This document shows, piece after piece, positions 52,601 to 62,174 of a DNA stretch of 64,000 bases. Below the pieces are notes generated by a model that was not told the origin of the DNA, made no database searches, and saw nothing but the letters and a program-made list of their open reading frames with translations. Source of the stretch: Candidatus Gottesmanbacteria bacterium. Its GTDB lineage: Bacteria; Patescibacteriota; Microgenomatia; 2-02-FULL-39-11. Both the position numbers and the translations under genes were made by a program. The stretch lies in the NCBI GenBank assembly GCA_016186795.1, contig JACPKY010000002.1, positions 90,593-154,592 of the forward strand. Reading direction: 5' to 3'. The stretch's first letter is position 1. Every line of letters starts with the position of its first letter.

Positions 52601-53748
52601 GTTATTGTTACCCTTTTTATCTTCTTTGTAGAAATGTAAGCTGTCCAGAAAATGCTTCGTGCGACTGTTCACAACTTCAGCCAAGTGCAACTCCGACGCC
52701 AACCATTACACCTTCCGTTACACCAGGCGGGCCAACATTAACGCCAACTCCCCCCTTAACGCCAACACCAACGATTCAGGCCGGAATGTGTAACGCAACG
52801 TGTTCATCAGATTTAGAATGTGCTCCTTCAACAAACTATTGTGATCCTTACATTCTTCAGTGCAGAAATGCGTTATGTAGTGCCGATATTGACTGTGACT
52901 GTGCAACAGCAAACCCAACGATTACTCCAACATCTCCTCCTGGTGCAACGGCGACGCCATCTCCTACTCGTACACCGACTCCAACAGCATCGACTACTCC
53001 TGCGCCTGATGCATGGACGCAAGTTCTCGGAGGAGATGTAAGTTTTTCCTCCCTTACAGAAACAATTCCTCATAACGAGTACTTTCTTGATGAGATTCCT
53101 AATGCACCGAACAGCTCTGGAATTATTTTTGGAAACGATGTGACATTTACGTATGATTCCCAAACGGAAAATACGGCTTCTCCAGATCGCTGGATCGTAA
53201 AGACAAGTACAACTTTGACGAATTCGTATTCATATGACTATTATTACGAACTTTTAAAAGGACAAGCGGTAAATAGTTCAGGAACCGTTGTCGGGAGTGG
53301 GTTGGCATTTGATAAAAACATCTATTATTATTCTGATGCTTCTGGAGCGTTTACCCTTGATTCGAATTTGGAAAATGGAATTCTGGGAGGATCAGTCCAA
53401 GCTGTCGTTTTTCTCATTGACGGTTCTCTTACCATAGACCAATCGTTTGCTCCAAATCCTTCAAGCAAAACTCCAGTATTTATTGTTCGGGATACTATTA
53501 CAGTCAGTGGCAACATTGGTACTCTCTCAGGTATCTATATTTCGGGTGGAGCATTTACCGTTGCGGATGGGTCGGCGACACGTTTTATTCTCAATGGTAT
53601 GGTATATGCGAACGATCTTATTCTGCAAAAGACCTATCAGAGTTTGACTCTTCCAGCACACCAGTTTATTTATCAACCGAAATATATTCTTGATCTTCTC
53701 CCCTATCTTGGGCGAGCACAAGTGAACTGGCAGGAGGTAACACCATGA
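49621..53748 (+). CDS. Giant secreted Cys-rich, Pro/Thr-repeat protein; putative pilus-associated adhesin
   Basis: Signal-like N-terminus, TSP1-like motif, duplicated ~200-aa module, six Cys-rich units, (PT)n linkers; ATGA-coupled to the PilX-like gene. Confidence 0.8.
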   Translation: MSLAKIFAALIFVWIAFSTLDIFTPDKNWFSQSASAQYCTSTSLQSPPDIGYSTSYAQQTILNGMNTGDDAASIGSKNMNGYYPTAWQVPRDIQVIMVRANITPDIDGLDIYDGIPTTFYIKANNALDARAYAYRINSIPLGVQHAIRTHWDGNASYCASTSTQWSYFTRFNPGYHQSCTAWSACSNSCGTGTQTRTCSCYRDTDNGQVDNSWCGDPSESQSCTDYSGCGPCTVSNQSPTSGCFDYDPTYSLSMGGVGASRAQFHIDTSSPPNSPYTCDSGITTSSTYNCSLATGSYRWNAEVSSIQGCTDSGFLPSAGYAYSIDKTAPPVPSGLNIVCNPNGTVTASWNAVSDTGCGGMSTTPYWSQISTSATFSSVPDWYNSWINETSRTSSTTFAPGTTVYAHVRSRDSLDNQSSWSANDSCTFPLPTNTPTPTRTPTPTPTRTPTPTLPPCSLSNQLPLSGCYGTDPTYSATLGGGANRIQFHVDTSSPPNSPYICDSGVTASTSYSCTLGTGTYYWNAQASSSTGSCTTSAYVPVNGYSVSVDKIAPIIPLPNIVCNTNGTVSVSWGAVSDAGCGGMSSTPYWSQISTDPAFGTVPDWYNSWINETSRTSTTTFAAGTIVYAHVRSRDIFDNQSPWSPNDNCTFPTPTPTRTPTPTPTRTPTPTATRTPTPTPLVGCWGACTGDAQCASGNCDPFLLQCTGGSCPTATPTITPTRTPTPTPTRTPTPTATRTPTPTPTRTPTPTPLIQCLGSCTADEECASGNCDPFYLQCTSGPGGPCPTFTPSPTNTPTPTPTRTPTPTPTRTPTPTPTATRTPTPTPTITPTPTPTSVACWGACTGDAQCASGNCDPFLLQCTGGSCPTATPTITPTRTPTPTATRTPTPTATRTPTPTNTPTPTNTPTPTPAACNDSCTGNEQCLSEYCYPFTLSCRNISCPDNTNCICGPTPTATPTNTPIPTNTPTPTVTPTPGFGQCSGACTSDVDCSGSTGYCYPFYLLCRNVSCPENASCDCSQLQPSATPTPTITPSVTPGGPTLTPTPPLTPTPTIQAGMCNATCSSDLECAPSTNYCDPYILQCRNALCSADIDCDCATANPTITPTSPPGATATPSPTRTPTPTASTTPAPDAWTQVLGGDVSFSSLTETIPHNEYFLDEIPNAPNSSGIIFGNDVTFTYDSQTENTASPDRWIVKTSTTLTNSYSYDYYYELLKGQAVNSSGTVVGSGLAFDKNIYYYSDASGAFTLDSNLENGILGGSVQAVVFLIDGSLTIDQSFAPNPSSKTPVFIVRDTITVSGNIGTLSGIYISGGAFTVADGSATRFILNGMVYANDLILQKTYQSLTLPAHQFIYQPKYILDLLPYLGRAQVNWQEVTP
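50910..53005 (+). repeat. Coding Pro-Thr tandem repeats alternating with Cys-rich units
   Basis: TPTPTR repeats; [29 protein letters not shown] is identical at protein level twice. Confidence 0.9.
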
Positions 53749-54608
53749 AAAAAATTCAATCCGCCAGCTGGCGGACAAAATTCAGAATTCAAAAAGGACA
53801 GGTAGTACTTCTCCTTGTCCTTATAACTGTTATTGGACTCACTATTGGATTATCTCTTATTTCTCGAACTGTAACAGACGTTCGAATTTCTTCACAAATT
53901 GAGCAATCAGGACGGGCTTTTTCCGCAGCGGAAGCGGGTATTGAGAGCGCTCTTCGGTCTGGAACATCCAACGTGACCAGCGGTAATGTATCACTTCCAG
54001 GCGCATCGGCATCGTATAGTGTTTCCCCTGTGAGTGTTTCGGCAGCAACTTCTTACCACCTTCCTTTGACAGCTACTGGAAAATCGCAGACGTTATGGTT
54101 GATGGCACACGATGACGCAACAGGAGCGCTTGATGAATCGAATTATTACGATTTTACAAATGGTATTGACGTTTGTTGGGGCAGCGATTCTTCAACCGTT
54201 CCTGCCCTTCTTGTAACACTTTTTTATAAAGATAGCACAGGAGACTATTCAATCGCAAAAGCGGCATTTGATGCAAATGCATCAACGCGAGGTAATGGAT
54301 TTTCTCCATTGAGTCTTAACGAAATCCCTCCAGGTACTTACTGCCAAGGGGGCTATTCATACCGTAAATCATTGACATATTCGGCGTTTGGTTTATCAGG
54401 GAGTCTCAAAGCAATTGCTCTTCGGATGAAACCATGGTACGCCGATACGAAGATAGGAGTTTTACCGGGAGCATCCCTTCCCACTCAAGGGAATGTGATA
54501 ACATCATTAGGACAATCAGAAACAGGTGTAGTGAGAAAGATTCAAGTTATCCAGGGATACTCAGCGTTACCGGAAGTGTTTGATTTTTCCTATTTTTCGG
54601 AAAACTAG
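53745..54608 (+). CDS. PilX-like minor pilin
   Basis: KG|QVVLLLVLI without Glu5, [14 protein letters not shown]. Confidence 0.85.
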   Translation: MKKIQSASWRTKFRIQKGQVVLLLVLITVIGLTIGLSLISRTVTDVRISSQIEQSGRAFSAAEAGIESALRSGTSNVTSGNVSLPGASASYSVSPVSVSAATSYHLPLTATGKSQTLWLMAHDDATGALDESNYYDFTNGIDVCWGSDSSTVPALLVTLFYKDSTGDYSIAKAAFDANASTRGNGFSPLSLNEIPPGTYCQGGYSYRKSLTYSAFGLSGSLKAIALRMKPWYADTKIGVLPGASLPTQGNVITSLGQSETGVVRKIQVIQGYSALPEVFDFSYFSEN

Positions 54609-54671
54609 AGAGAAATTATGCTTATTGACAAAAAAGTTTCCTTTGTTTCATAATGGAGAAAGTAGATAGGT

Positions 54672-55079
54672 ATGAATAACAAAGTTCTTCTGGCAGCCGT
54701 TGTTATTTTAAGTATTCTTGGTATCGGGGGAGGATTGGTCTTAAACGCACGGAATAATTCGGTTTCATTGGAAACCTCAGGATCCAACGAGGGAAGAGAT
54801 ATTGACGCAAACCAAGTTATCAGTTCACCGACTATTAAACCCTCACCAACCATTCCAGTATTATCAAAATCTGTCAAAAGTATCGATAGCACAACTATTG
54901 TTATAACCGGAGCGTCAGGCGATTTAAAGTTACCAAGAACTTCCCCAATTCTTAAATACTTTAAGAGGGTCGGTGGTAATCTTGTTGCAACAACTAGTGA
55001 TGAAGTAAAAGTAGGTCAAAACGTGACATATACGCTTGTTGTACCTGGCAAAGAAGCCCATCTGATTATTGAACAGTAA
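54672..55079 (+). CDS. Small membrane-anchored hypothetical protein
   Basis: N-terminal TM, SPT linker; TTGACA...CATAAT upstream. Confidence 0.65.
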   Translation: MNNKVLLAAVVILSILGIGGGLVLNARNNSVSLETSGSNEGRDIDANQVISSPTIKPSPTIPVLSKSVKSIDSTTIVITGASGDLKLPRTSPILKYFKRVGGNLVATTSDEVKVGQNVTYTLVVPGKEAHLIIEQ

Positions 55080-55255
55080 CTCTCCTCCGAATCTTCCACA
55101 CTCAATTTTATACATCATTGATCTTTCGTCATTTCGTGAAGTGTGGTAATTACCGTATTAAATCGGGATCAGTAAGAAGGGTGTACGCACCGAAAACGAT
55201 TTACTGATATTGACTTTGTTACAGTTTAAATTCATACTAAAAGAAGTGTACATTT

Positions 55256-56296
55256 GTGCAAGTTCTGCCCATGCATAAAGTTCTTCTTGGACTTGATATT
55301 GGAACAAATTCAATTAAAGCAGTTCAGATTGCTAGAGAAAAAAGCGGGAAACACCTTCTTGCAGCTGGATATATAGCCACCTCTGCCAAAGCTCTCGCAT
55401 CTCTCACAACCGGCGATGAGCAGGAATTGGCAAGTACGATTAATCGCCTCGTTCATGACATGAAAATTTCAACGGAGGATGTTTCCGCCTCTCTCCCCTC
55501 TTCAAAAGTCATAACCCGGGTGATTGAAGTGCCCATGATGAAAGACGAAGAACTTACCTCGAGTATTCAATGGGAAGCAGAGCAGTATATTCCCTTGCCA
55601 CTTTCAAGCGTAAAACTTGATTATGCTGTTATCGGTAATAATACAGAAAATACCAAGATGAAAATCCTGCTTGTCGCAGCTCCTATTACCATCATTGAAA
55701 AATACATGCGGGTTATTACACTTGCAGGACTCAATCCGGTTGCGCTTGAAACAGAAATTCTTGCCTCATCAAGATGTATTGTCGAAAGCTATCAAACGCT
55801 TGAAAACGTTTTAATTCTTTCATTCGGTGCGACATCCTCCGAAATTGCTTTGACGTATAATAGAACACTTATTTACGCACGGTCACTCCCTATTGGCGGA
55901 AATACTTTGACGAAAGCCATAACAGAAGAGTTGGGATTTGAAATAGCTCAAGCTGAAGAATATAAAAAAACGTATGGGTTAGAAGAGGATAAGCTGGAAG
56001 GGAAAGTATACAAGACGCTTGAACCATTTTTTAAATCGGTGTTAACTGAGATTGAGAAGACTCTTGCATATTTTAAAGAGCAGTACCCGAAAGACGAGAT
56101 TAAATCAGTTATTGCGTGCGGGGGAGGGGCAAAGCTTCCTGGTCTTGTTCTTGCAATAACGAAAAATTTCGGTATTGATTCGCAATTGTGCAATCCTTTT
56201 TTAAATCTTTCCGTTGATCCGAATATTTTACCAATTCTAACTCCGGATATGTCCATGTACACCGTTGCTGTTGGGTTGGGTTTGAAAGAGGATTGA
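55256..56296 (+). CDS. pilM: Type IV pilus assembly protein PilM
   Basis: LGLDIGTNSIK, WEAEQYIP, GGGAKLPGL, VAVGLGL; start may be ATG 55271. Confidence 0.92.
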   Translation: MQVLPMHKVLLGLDIGTNSIKAVQIAREKSGKHLLAAGYIATSAKALASLTTGDEQELASTINRLVHDMKISTEDVSASLPSSKVITRVIEVPMMKDEELTSSIQWEAEQYIPLPLSSVKLDYAVIGNNTENTKMKILLVAAPITIIEKYMRVITLAGLNPVALETEILASSRCIVESYQTLENVLILSFGATSSEIALTYNRTLIYARSLPIGGNTLTKAITEELGFEIAQAEEYKKTYGLEEDKLEGKVYKTLEPFFKSVLTEIEKTLAYFKEQYPKDEIKSVIACGGGAKLPGLVLAITKNFGIDSQLCNPFLNLSVDPNILPILTPDMSMYTVAVGLGLKED

Positions 56297-56301
56297 TCTT
56301 T

Positions 56302-56859
56302 ATGGCAAAGCGATCTGTCAACCTTATAATCTCGAAAAGGGATTTTTCCGAAACAGCAGAAAAATTGAAGCGAATTACGACAATTACCGCAGGCATAAGT
56401 ATTGTCCTTTTTCTACTTCTTTTTGCTCTCTCAGTATGGTATGTCCGAACAAATACCGATAAATTTACCCAAATGAAACAAGAGTTAGACCAGGTTGAGA
56501 AAAAAGTCGCAGCCAAGAAACAAGCTGAAGGACTGTATGTTTTGACATCGCAACGACTTTCTGTATTGGAGAAATTACTTGCACAAACGAGTCCGTACGA
56601 CGGGCTTATCGGCAATATTGCCGGACTTTCGACAGAAGGAATATCGATAACTTCCGTCACTGCCGATAGTCGAGGGAACTTGTCAATTTCAATTCTCGCA
56701 TCCTCCTCTGCCTCTCTTGATGCTTTTATTACGTCTTTACTATACGCTGAGCAAGAAAAAAGGCTATCAAAGATTTTTGCCCAAGGGATTCTTCGACACG
56801 AAGAAGGTGATTATTCCCTAACACTTTTGTTTCATGGTGAGAAAAATTTATACCAATGA
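56302..56859 (+). CDS. PilN-like protein
   Basis: SVNLI motif, TM, coiled coil; follows pilM. Confidence 0.7.
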   Translation: MAKRSVNLIISKRDFSETAEKLKRITTITAGISIVLFLLLFALSVWYVRTNTDKFTQMKQELDQVEKKVAAKKQAEGLYVLTSQRLSVLEKLLAQTSPYDGLIGNIAGLSTEGISITSVTADSRGNLSISILASSSASLDAFITSLLYAEQEKRLSKIFAQGILRHEEGDYSLTLLFHGEKNLYQ

Positions 56860-57590
56860 GTAAACGGAATCAGATTACAAAATACATCAAATTTTACGAA
56901 GTGACGATCGCTTCCACTATTGTCATTCTGATGGTTATACTCTCAGCATATTTTTTCCTTCTTCCCAATCTGTGGCATGCTACGTTTATTTATGATCAGC
57001 AAAAACATGTCACCGAAAAACTTACAGTTGTCCGGCAGAAAGACTCGCAACTTTCAAATCTGGATGTCGACGTATACAAGAATGCTCTGTTACAGTTAGG
57101 AAAGGTACTGCCAGAATCGCGAGATTACGTCTCGTTTTTTACGACATTTGATTCGCTTGAAAAGTCAACCGGTGTACAGATTACAAAAACCGATTTCCAG
57201 TTAGGACTTTTGTCTACTCAATCTGGGAGGCTTTCCAAGCCCCTTAACGCCCCTGCGTATATCATTCCTATCACAATGGAAGTCGCAGGTACCCAACAGT
57301 CACTTCCCCTCTTTTTTTCCCAATTGCAAGGGTTAACTGGGCGACTCATAAATATTTTGGGGGTACGATGGAATATCAAACAAGATGAGGAAGAGATGCA
57401 CGTCGTCATAAACGGAGAAGCATATTTCTATCCGCTTCCAAGCCAACTCGGAGGAGTCGATGTTCCTTTGCCGAAGCTAACAAAGCAGCAGGAAGAGTTT
57501 TTGATTACTGCTTCGGAGTTACGAAGTGAGGATAGGACCCAAGACGACGATTTTTCTACAATAGAGGTTGGAATTAAGAGTCTTTTCTAG
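56856..57590 (+). CDS. PilO-like protein
   Basis: TM, coiled coil, LP motif, GRLINI; follows the pilN-like gene. Confidence 0.7.
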   Translation: MSKRNQITKYIKFYEVTIASTIVILMVILSAYFFLLPNLWHATFIYDQQKHVTEKLTVVRQKDSQLSNLDVDVYKNALLQLGKVLPESRDYVSFFTTFDSLEKSTGVQITKTDFQLGLLSTQSGRLSKPLNAPAYIIPITMEVAGTQQSLPLFFSQLQGLTGRLINILGVRWNIKQDEEEMHVVINGEAYFYPLPSQLGGVDVPLPKLTKQQEEFLITASELRSEDRTQDDDFSTIEVGIKSLF

Positions 57591-58243
57591 GATGATTTCT
57601 CTCCCCGAAATCCTGCTTTCCATGCAGCGATTTTTTTCGGGTCTCCACTCAAAAGCACACGTGGAACCCTCATCTTTTTATACACCTTTGGTCGAGTATA
57701 CTGGGGAGGTTCGTAAAGATAGTGCCCGCTAAATGATTCATAGACTGTTGCATCTGGTTTTGACAAAACGTTTGGAAGTAAGCGAACGATACAGTCTGTG
57801 ACAACCAACGCAGGTATTTCTCCCCCCGTCAGGATATATCTTCCGATTGAGATCGATTCATCAACAAGAGTGGTAACTCGCCAGTCAACGCCCTCATAAT
57901 GTCCGCATATAAGAATAATATGGTCAAATCGAAGGGTGGAGTATGCTTTCTTTTGCGTAAATATACCTGCCCTCGGATCTAGAAGAATTACCCGTGTCTT
58001 TTGCTTTTTAAAAACGCGTCTTATGCTTTGCAATGCACGGTCTACAATATCTACCCGAATTACCATCCCCGTACCTCCGCCGTACGGCCGATCATCCACC
58101 GATCTATGTTTATCAGTGGCAAAATCTCTCATGTCAACGATATCGATGGAAACATATTTTTCCTTTAAGGCTCTTCCAAGAATTGAGGAGTGGAGAAATG
58201 GGGTGAATACATCGGGGAAAAGTGTCAGTATGGTAATCTTCAC
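57587..58243 (-). CDS. trmD: tRNA (guanine37-N1)-methyltransferase
   Basis: VDDRPYGGG, CGHYEGVD, SIGRYILTGGE, PQYTRP. Confidence 0.96.
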   Translation of the reverse strand: MKITILTLFPDVFTPFLHSSILGRALKEKYVSIDIVDMRDFATDKHRSVDDRPYGGGTGMVIRVDIVDRALQSIRRVFKKQKTRVILLDPRAGIFTQKKAYSTLRFDHIILICGHYEGVDWRVTTLVDESISIGRYILTGGEIPALVVTDCIVRLLPNVLSKPDATVYESFSGHYLYEPPQYTRPKVYKKMRVPRVLLSGDPKKIAAWKAGFRGEKSS

Positions 58244-58482
58244 AGGGGATTTTGAGATAGTTCAACTCGGACTTGATGTCCATGTTTTATCGCTAAAATC
58301 TTTGCTAAATTTCTTATCGCCTGGATTATTTTTCCTTCCTTGCCGATAACTTTTCCCATATCTTCCGGATTTGTTGTAATGGTGTAGTTATACATATTTT
58401 CGCTTACCATCCGTTCTTCAACATGAATGTCATCCGGATGATCGACGATAGCTTTTATGACAAATTTGAGAAGTTCATTCAT
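58240..58482 (-). CDS. khpA: KH-domain RNA-binding protein (KhpA-like)
   Basis: DMGKVIGKEG; between rpsP and trmD; start set at MNELLK. Confidence 0.88.
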   Translation of the reverse strand: MNELLKFVIKAIVDHPDDIHVEERMVSENMYNYTITTNPEDMGKVIGKEGKIIQAIRNLAKILAIKHGHQVRVELSQNPL

Positions 58483-58484
58483 TT

Positions 58485-58715
58485 TTACCAATTGAGTAAT
58501 TTTCGAATTGAATCGGTTGGAGTTGCACCCTTTTTCTTCCATGAATCTATTTTTTCCTTCATAACTATAAGTTTTGGGGGCTGTACTTGCGGATCATAGG
58601 TTCCAAGTATTTCGAGCGCCTTTCCGTTTCTTCGTACCGATTCATCCGCTGCTACAATTCGGTAAAACGGTCGATTTTTTCTCCCCAATCGTTGAAGTCG
58701 AATCTTTACTGCCAT
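58485..58715 (-). CDS. rpsP: 30S ribosomal protein S16
   Basis: MAVKIRL, PFYRIV, LGTYDP. Confidence 0.97.
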   Translation of the reverse strand: MAVKIRLQRLGRKNRPFYRIVAADESVRRNGKALEILGTYDPQVQPPKLIVMKEKIDSWKKKGATPTDSIRKLLNW

Positions 58716-58729
58716 AGACTGGTATTATA

Positions 58730-59431
58730 TTATTTTTTCGTCCACTTCTCAAGCGCCGAATGTGCTGCAGACATTTCAGCTTCTTGTTTACTTTTCCCCT
58801 TTCCTTTTCCCCATAGTGTTGTTTCGACATACACGCCGACAGTAAATTCTTTTGCATGATCAGGTCCTTCTTCTTTCACTACCTTATAATTCGGGGAAAC
58901 TCGTGTTTCTTCTTGGACAAGTTCTTGAAACTCACTTTTCGCATCTTTGTAGGTTCGCTCTTCTATGATTTTTGGAAGAAGCCGGAAAAGATGAGTTTCT
59001 AGAATTTTCTTGACTGGCGAAATTCCTTGATCTAAAAAGATAGTCCCTAAGAGTGCTTCGAATGTATCTGCAAGAAGGGATGGATTATTTCTTCCTCCGC
59101 CTTCCTCTTCACCGCGAGAGAGATACAGTAATGTACCCAGATCGAGGTTTTTTGCAAGATCGGCTAAAGTTTTTGTTTTTACAACTGATGATCTGAGGTT
59201 TGTCAATTCTCCCTCGGAAAGATCGGGATATTTCTCATACAAATATGAGGATACGAGAAACGATAGGATACTATCTCCCAAAAACTCAAGTCGCTCATTT
59301 GACTGTTGGGATTTTTTCGATTCGTTAAGAGATGACCTATGGATAAATGCCTGATCGATAAGGTTGATGTTTTTGAACTCGATATCAATTTTTTGAGATA
59401 ACGCTTCATATTTTTTGGTAAGGGTATTCAT
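58730..59431 (-). CDS. rnc: Ribonuclease III
   Basis: NERLEFLGDS, DTFEA, dsRBD. Confidence 0.97.
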   Translation of the reverse strand: MNTLTKKYEALSQKIDIEFKNINLIDQAFIHRSSLNESKKSQQSNERLEFLGDSILSFLVSSYLYEKYPDLSEGELTNLRSSVVKTKTLADLAKNLDLGTLLYLSRGEEEGGGRNNPSLLADTFEALLGTIFLDQGISPVKKILETHLFRLLPKIIEERTYKDAKSEFQELVQEETRVSPNYKVVKEEGPDHAKEFTVGVYVETTLWGKGKGKSKQEAEMSAAHSALEKWTKK

Positions 59432-59436
59432 ACAGA

Positions 59437-59808
59437 CTAATCCTTCTCCTTTTCACGCCTTTTTAAAAGGGTTCCTAACACTCCATTGATAAATGATGGG
59501 CTTCCATCTCCTCCAAACTCTTTCCCGAGTTCAACTGCCTCGTCAATAATTACTTTTTCTGGCTCTTTTTTCTCAAACAGCAACTCGTAGATTGCTAGCC
59601 GAAGAATGGCAACATCGATTTTTGCGATTTTTTCAAGGGGAAATTGTGGGGCGGATGATTCGATAAGAGTATCAATATTCGGTTGAACGCTGTAAATGGG
59701 TAAAAGAAGTGGATCAGTATGGGTATTTTTTGATTGGAAACTTTCTGCAAACAGTGCTTGAACAATTTGAACTCGTTTAAGATGTCTTGGGTCATTCACC
59801 TTTTTCAT
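59437..59808 (-). CDS. nusB: Transcription antitermination factor NusB
   Basis: AILRLAIYEL, IDEAVELGK, FINGVLG. Confidence 0.93.
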   Translation of the reverse strand: MKKVNDPRHLKRVQIVQALFAESFQSKNTHTDPLLLPIYSVQPNIDTLIESSAPQFPLEKIAKIDVAILRLAIYELLFEKKEPEKVIIDEAVELGKEFGGDGSPSFINGVLGTLLKRREKEKD

Positions 59809-59837
59809 GTTGGATGGAGGAAGAAGAGCAAGTTACA

Positions 59838-59996
59838 TCACTTATAAAATCCGCATTTCGGACAGATACGGTGCGGAAGTTTTTTTGTGCCACACTTTGG
59901 ACATACCTGCAGCTCTCGTAAGGAGCGTTTCAGCGCAACTCTTTCACGCTTTCCTGATCGTCTTGATGAATGTCGTCTCTTTGGGAGTGGTGCCAT
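59838..59996 (-). CDS. rpmF: 50S ribosomal protein L32 (Zn-ribbon form), absent from the ORF track
   Basis: Hand translation MAPLPKRRHSSRRSGKR...CPKCGTKKLPHRICPKCGFYK* (52 aa). Confidence 0.95.
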   Translation of the reverse strand: MAPLPKRRHSSRRSGKRERVALKRSLRELQVCPKCGTKKLPHRICPKCGFYK

Positions 59997-60004
59997 AGTT
60001 TATC

Positions 60005-62047
60005 CTAATCTGGCGCTATTTCTTCTATTGTATCTTCTAGAGTTTTCTTTCGCAAGAGGGGAAAACGAGAAAGGAGAGGGTCGCGCGTTAGAAGTTCCCC
60101 TACAGATTCGCGAGCTTTTTGGAGAAGGTCAACATCTGCAATCGTTGCGATGGTAAGCCCAAGGTGACCGTGTTGTTTCAAACCAAAAATTTCCCCACTT
60201 CCACGAAGTTGCATATCAAGCTCAGCAAGCTTCGGCCCATATGAATACTGGGTAAGATATGTAAGTCGCTTCATTGCAATAATGGATGATCCGTAAGTAA
60301 AAAGAAGACAATATGATTGGGTACTACCTCTTCCGACTCTCCCACGAAGTTGGTGAAGTTGTGAAAGACCAAATCGTTCCGCTCCCTCAATGAGAATGAT
60401 TGTAGCCGTTGGAATATCAATTCCGACCTCAATGATAGGTGTAGAAACCAGTATATTATACTTTCCCTTTCGAAAAGCCGAAAGAACCTCACTTCTCTTT
60501 TTTTCATTCAGGCCACCATGTAAAAGACCAAGAGAAAATTCAGGAAAAACATGAGTGCGTAACCGTTCAAATTCTGCCTTTGCCGCTTTGACTTCAGTCA
60601 TCGTTTGTGATTCCTCAATGAAGGGACAGACAATAAAAACTCGATTCCCCCCCTTGCTTTCGTGGATATGGTTTCTTATCCATGCATATGCGTTCTCACG
60701 CTTATGGGGAGGAACTACCCATGTTTTGACCGGACTTCTTCCGTGCGGCAATTCCTCAAGAAACGAAACGTCAAGGTCGGCAAAAAGGGTAAGGGCAATT
60801 GTTCGAGGTATAGGAGTTGCCGTCATCGAAAGGAGATGAGGGTAAGTCCCCTTTAACCGCAGTATTGCCCGTTGTCGGACACCGAAGCGCTGCTGTTCAT
60901 CGATAACAGCAAGACCCAGATGTTTTAGTTCAAGAGATTGTGATAAGAGGGCATGCGTACCGACGAAAATGGAAGCGGTCCGAGAGACTGATTTTTTTGT
61001 TTCAGCAGTTACCAACTCGATACGTTTTATAAAAGTACCCAGAACCTGTTGAATTGTTTTGTAATGTTGCTTGGCTAGAATTTCCGTCGGTGCTAGAAGT
61101 ATCGATTGGAATCCGGAAAGGAACGCTACATACATTGCAATTGCTGCAACAACTGTTTTTCCGCTCCCAACATCACCAACCAAGAGCCGGTTCATTGGGC
61201 GCGTTTTTGAAAGATCCGCAAATATTTCCCGCAGAACTCGTCTTTGCGAATTTGTAAGTGTAAAGGGAAGATCTCTCTCAACCTGTTTTATTTTAGCAAG
61301 ATGATCATTTACAAAAAGAGGTTGGGAAACTTGTTCCTTTTCCCATAGTTTTCTTCGAACGGCTGCGCGAAGTTGTACAAAGAATAATTCGTCAAAAGCA
61401 AGGCGCCTTCGGCCGATACGGGCTTCCTCTCCGTTTTTAGGAAAATGAATCATCTCAAGGGCTCTTTTTTGTGGTACGAGGGAATATTTTTGAATAATAT
61501 TTTGAGGGAGTGGATCCTCTACCAACAGTGGAAATTTTGAAAGGAGTGAAAATATTCGCGACCTAAGCCATTTTGAACTAACAGATGCTGTTTCAGGATA
61601 AACTGGAACGAATCGTGCCGTATGGAGTGGTTGAATTTTTTCCTTCTGCATCTCGTAGGATGGTGATTCAAAAATCAATTTTGAAGCAAATGATGATACA
61701 ACTCCCGAGAGGATAATGGTCGTTTCGGGCTTAAGAATGTTGGTTAAGAACGGCTGGTTGTACCAGATGACATCAATACTACCTGTTGAATCCGATACAA
61801 TGGCTTTTTGGATTTTTTTCCTCGATTTCGTATAGACATTTTCAATTTTTTTGACAGTTCCAACTACCGAAACGCGTTCTCCTTCTTGCAGTTTCTCAAT
61901 TGTGGAAATAAGTGAAAAGTCATCGTATCGGAATGGGAGGTGGTAGAGAAGGTCTCCGATTGTTGTAATCCCCAACTTTTTCAATCGGTTTTGATACGCA
62001 GGTCCAATCATCACCAGCTTTTCAACAGGGGTTTCGATAGTAAACAT
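60005..62047 (-). CDS. recG: ATP-dependent DNA helicase RecG
   Basis: GDVGSGKT, DEQQRFG, ATPIPRT, HQLRGRVGRG. Confidence 0.96.
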   Translation of the reverse strand: MFTIETPVEKLVMIGPAYQNRLKKLGITTIGDLLYHLPFRYDDFSLISTIEKLQEGERVSVVGTVKKIENVYTKSRKKIQKAIVSDSTGSIDVIWYNQPFLTNILKPETTIILSGVVSSFASKLIFESPSYEMQKEKIQPLHTARFVPVYPETASVSSKWLRSRIFSLLSKFPLLVEDPLPQNIIQKYSLVPQKRALEMIHFPKNGEEARIGRRRLAFDELFFVQLRAAVRRKLWEKEQVSQPLFVNDHLAKIKQVERDLPFTLTNSQRRVLREIFADLSKTRPMNRLLVGDVGSGKTVVAAIAMYVAFLSGFQSILLAPTEILAKQHYKTIQQVLGTFIKRIELVTAETKKSVSRTASIFVGTHALLSQSLELKHLGLAVIDEQQRFGVRQRAILRLKGTYPHLLSMTATPIPRTIALTLFADLDVSFLEELPHGRSPVKTWVVPPHKRENAYAWIRNHIHESKGGNRVFIVCPFIEESQTMTEVKAAKAEFERLRTHVFPEFSLGLLHGGLNEKKRSEVLSAFRKGKYNILVSTPIIEVGIDIPTATIILIEGAERFGLSQLHQLRGRVGRGSTQSYCLLFTYGSSIIAMKRLTYLTQYSYGPKLAELDMQLRGSGEIFGLKQHGHLGLTIATIADVDLLQKARESVGELLTRDPLLSRFPLLRKKTLEDTIEEIAPD

Positions 62048-62051
62048 ACCG

Positions 62052-62153
62052 TTACAACAGAAAAAGTGGTGCTAGAGAGGTTGCAACAAGCGCCAGAGAG
62101 GAAATAATGACAATAATTTTCCAGATGTTTTTGTGACGACGGAAAATATTCAT
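62052..62153 (-). CDS. Small single-TM protein (33 aa), absent from the ORF track
   Basis: Hand translation MNIFRRHKNIWKIIVIISSLALVATSLAPLFLL*; fills the tyrS-recG gap. Confidence 0.6.
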   Translation of the reverse strand: MNIFRRHKNIWKIIVIISSLALVATSLAPLFLL

Positions 62154-62174
62154 AAAAATTATTAAGAATGAGCT

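Noticed and set aside
51524-53163. Alternate-frame and antisense ORFs (QRQ-rich, VGVG-rich)
   Set aside because: Shadows of the Pro-Thr repeat coding sequence
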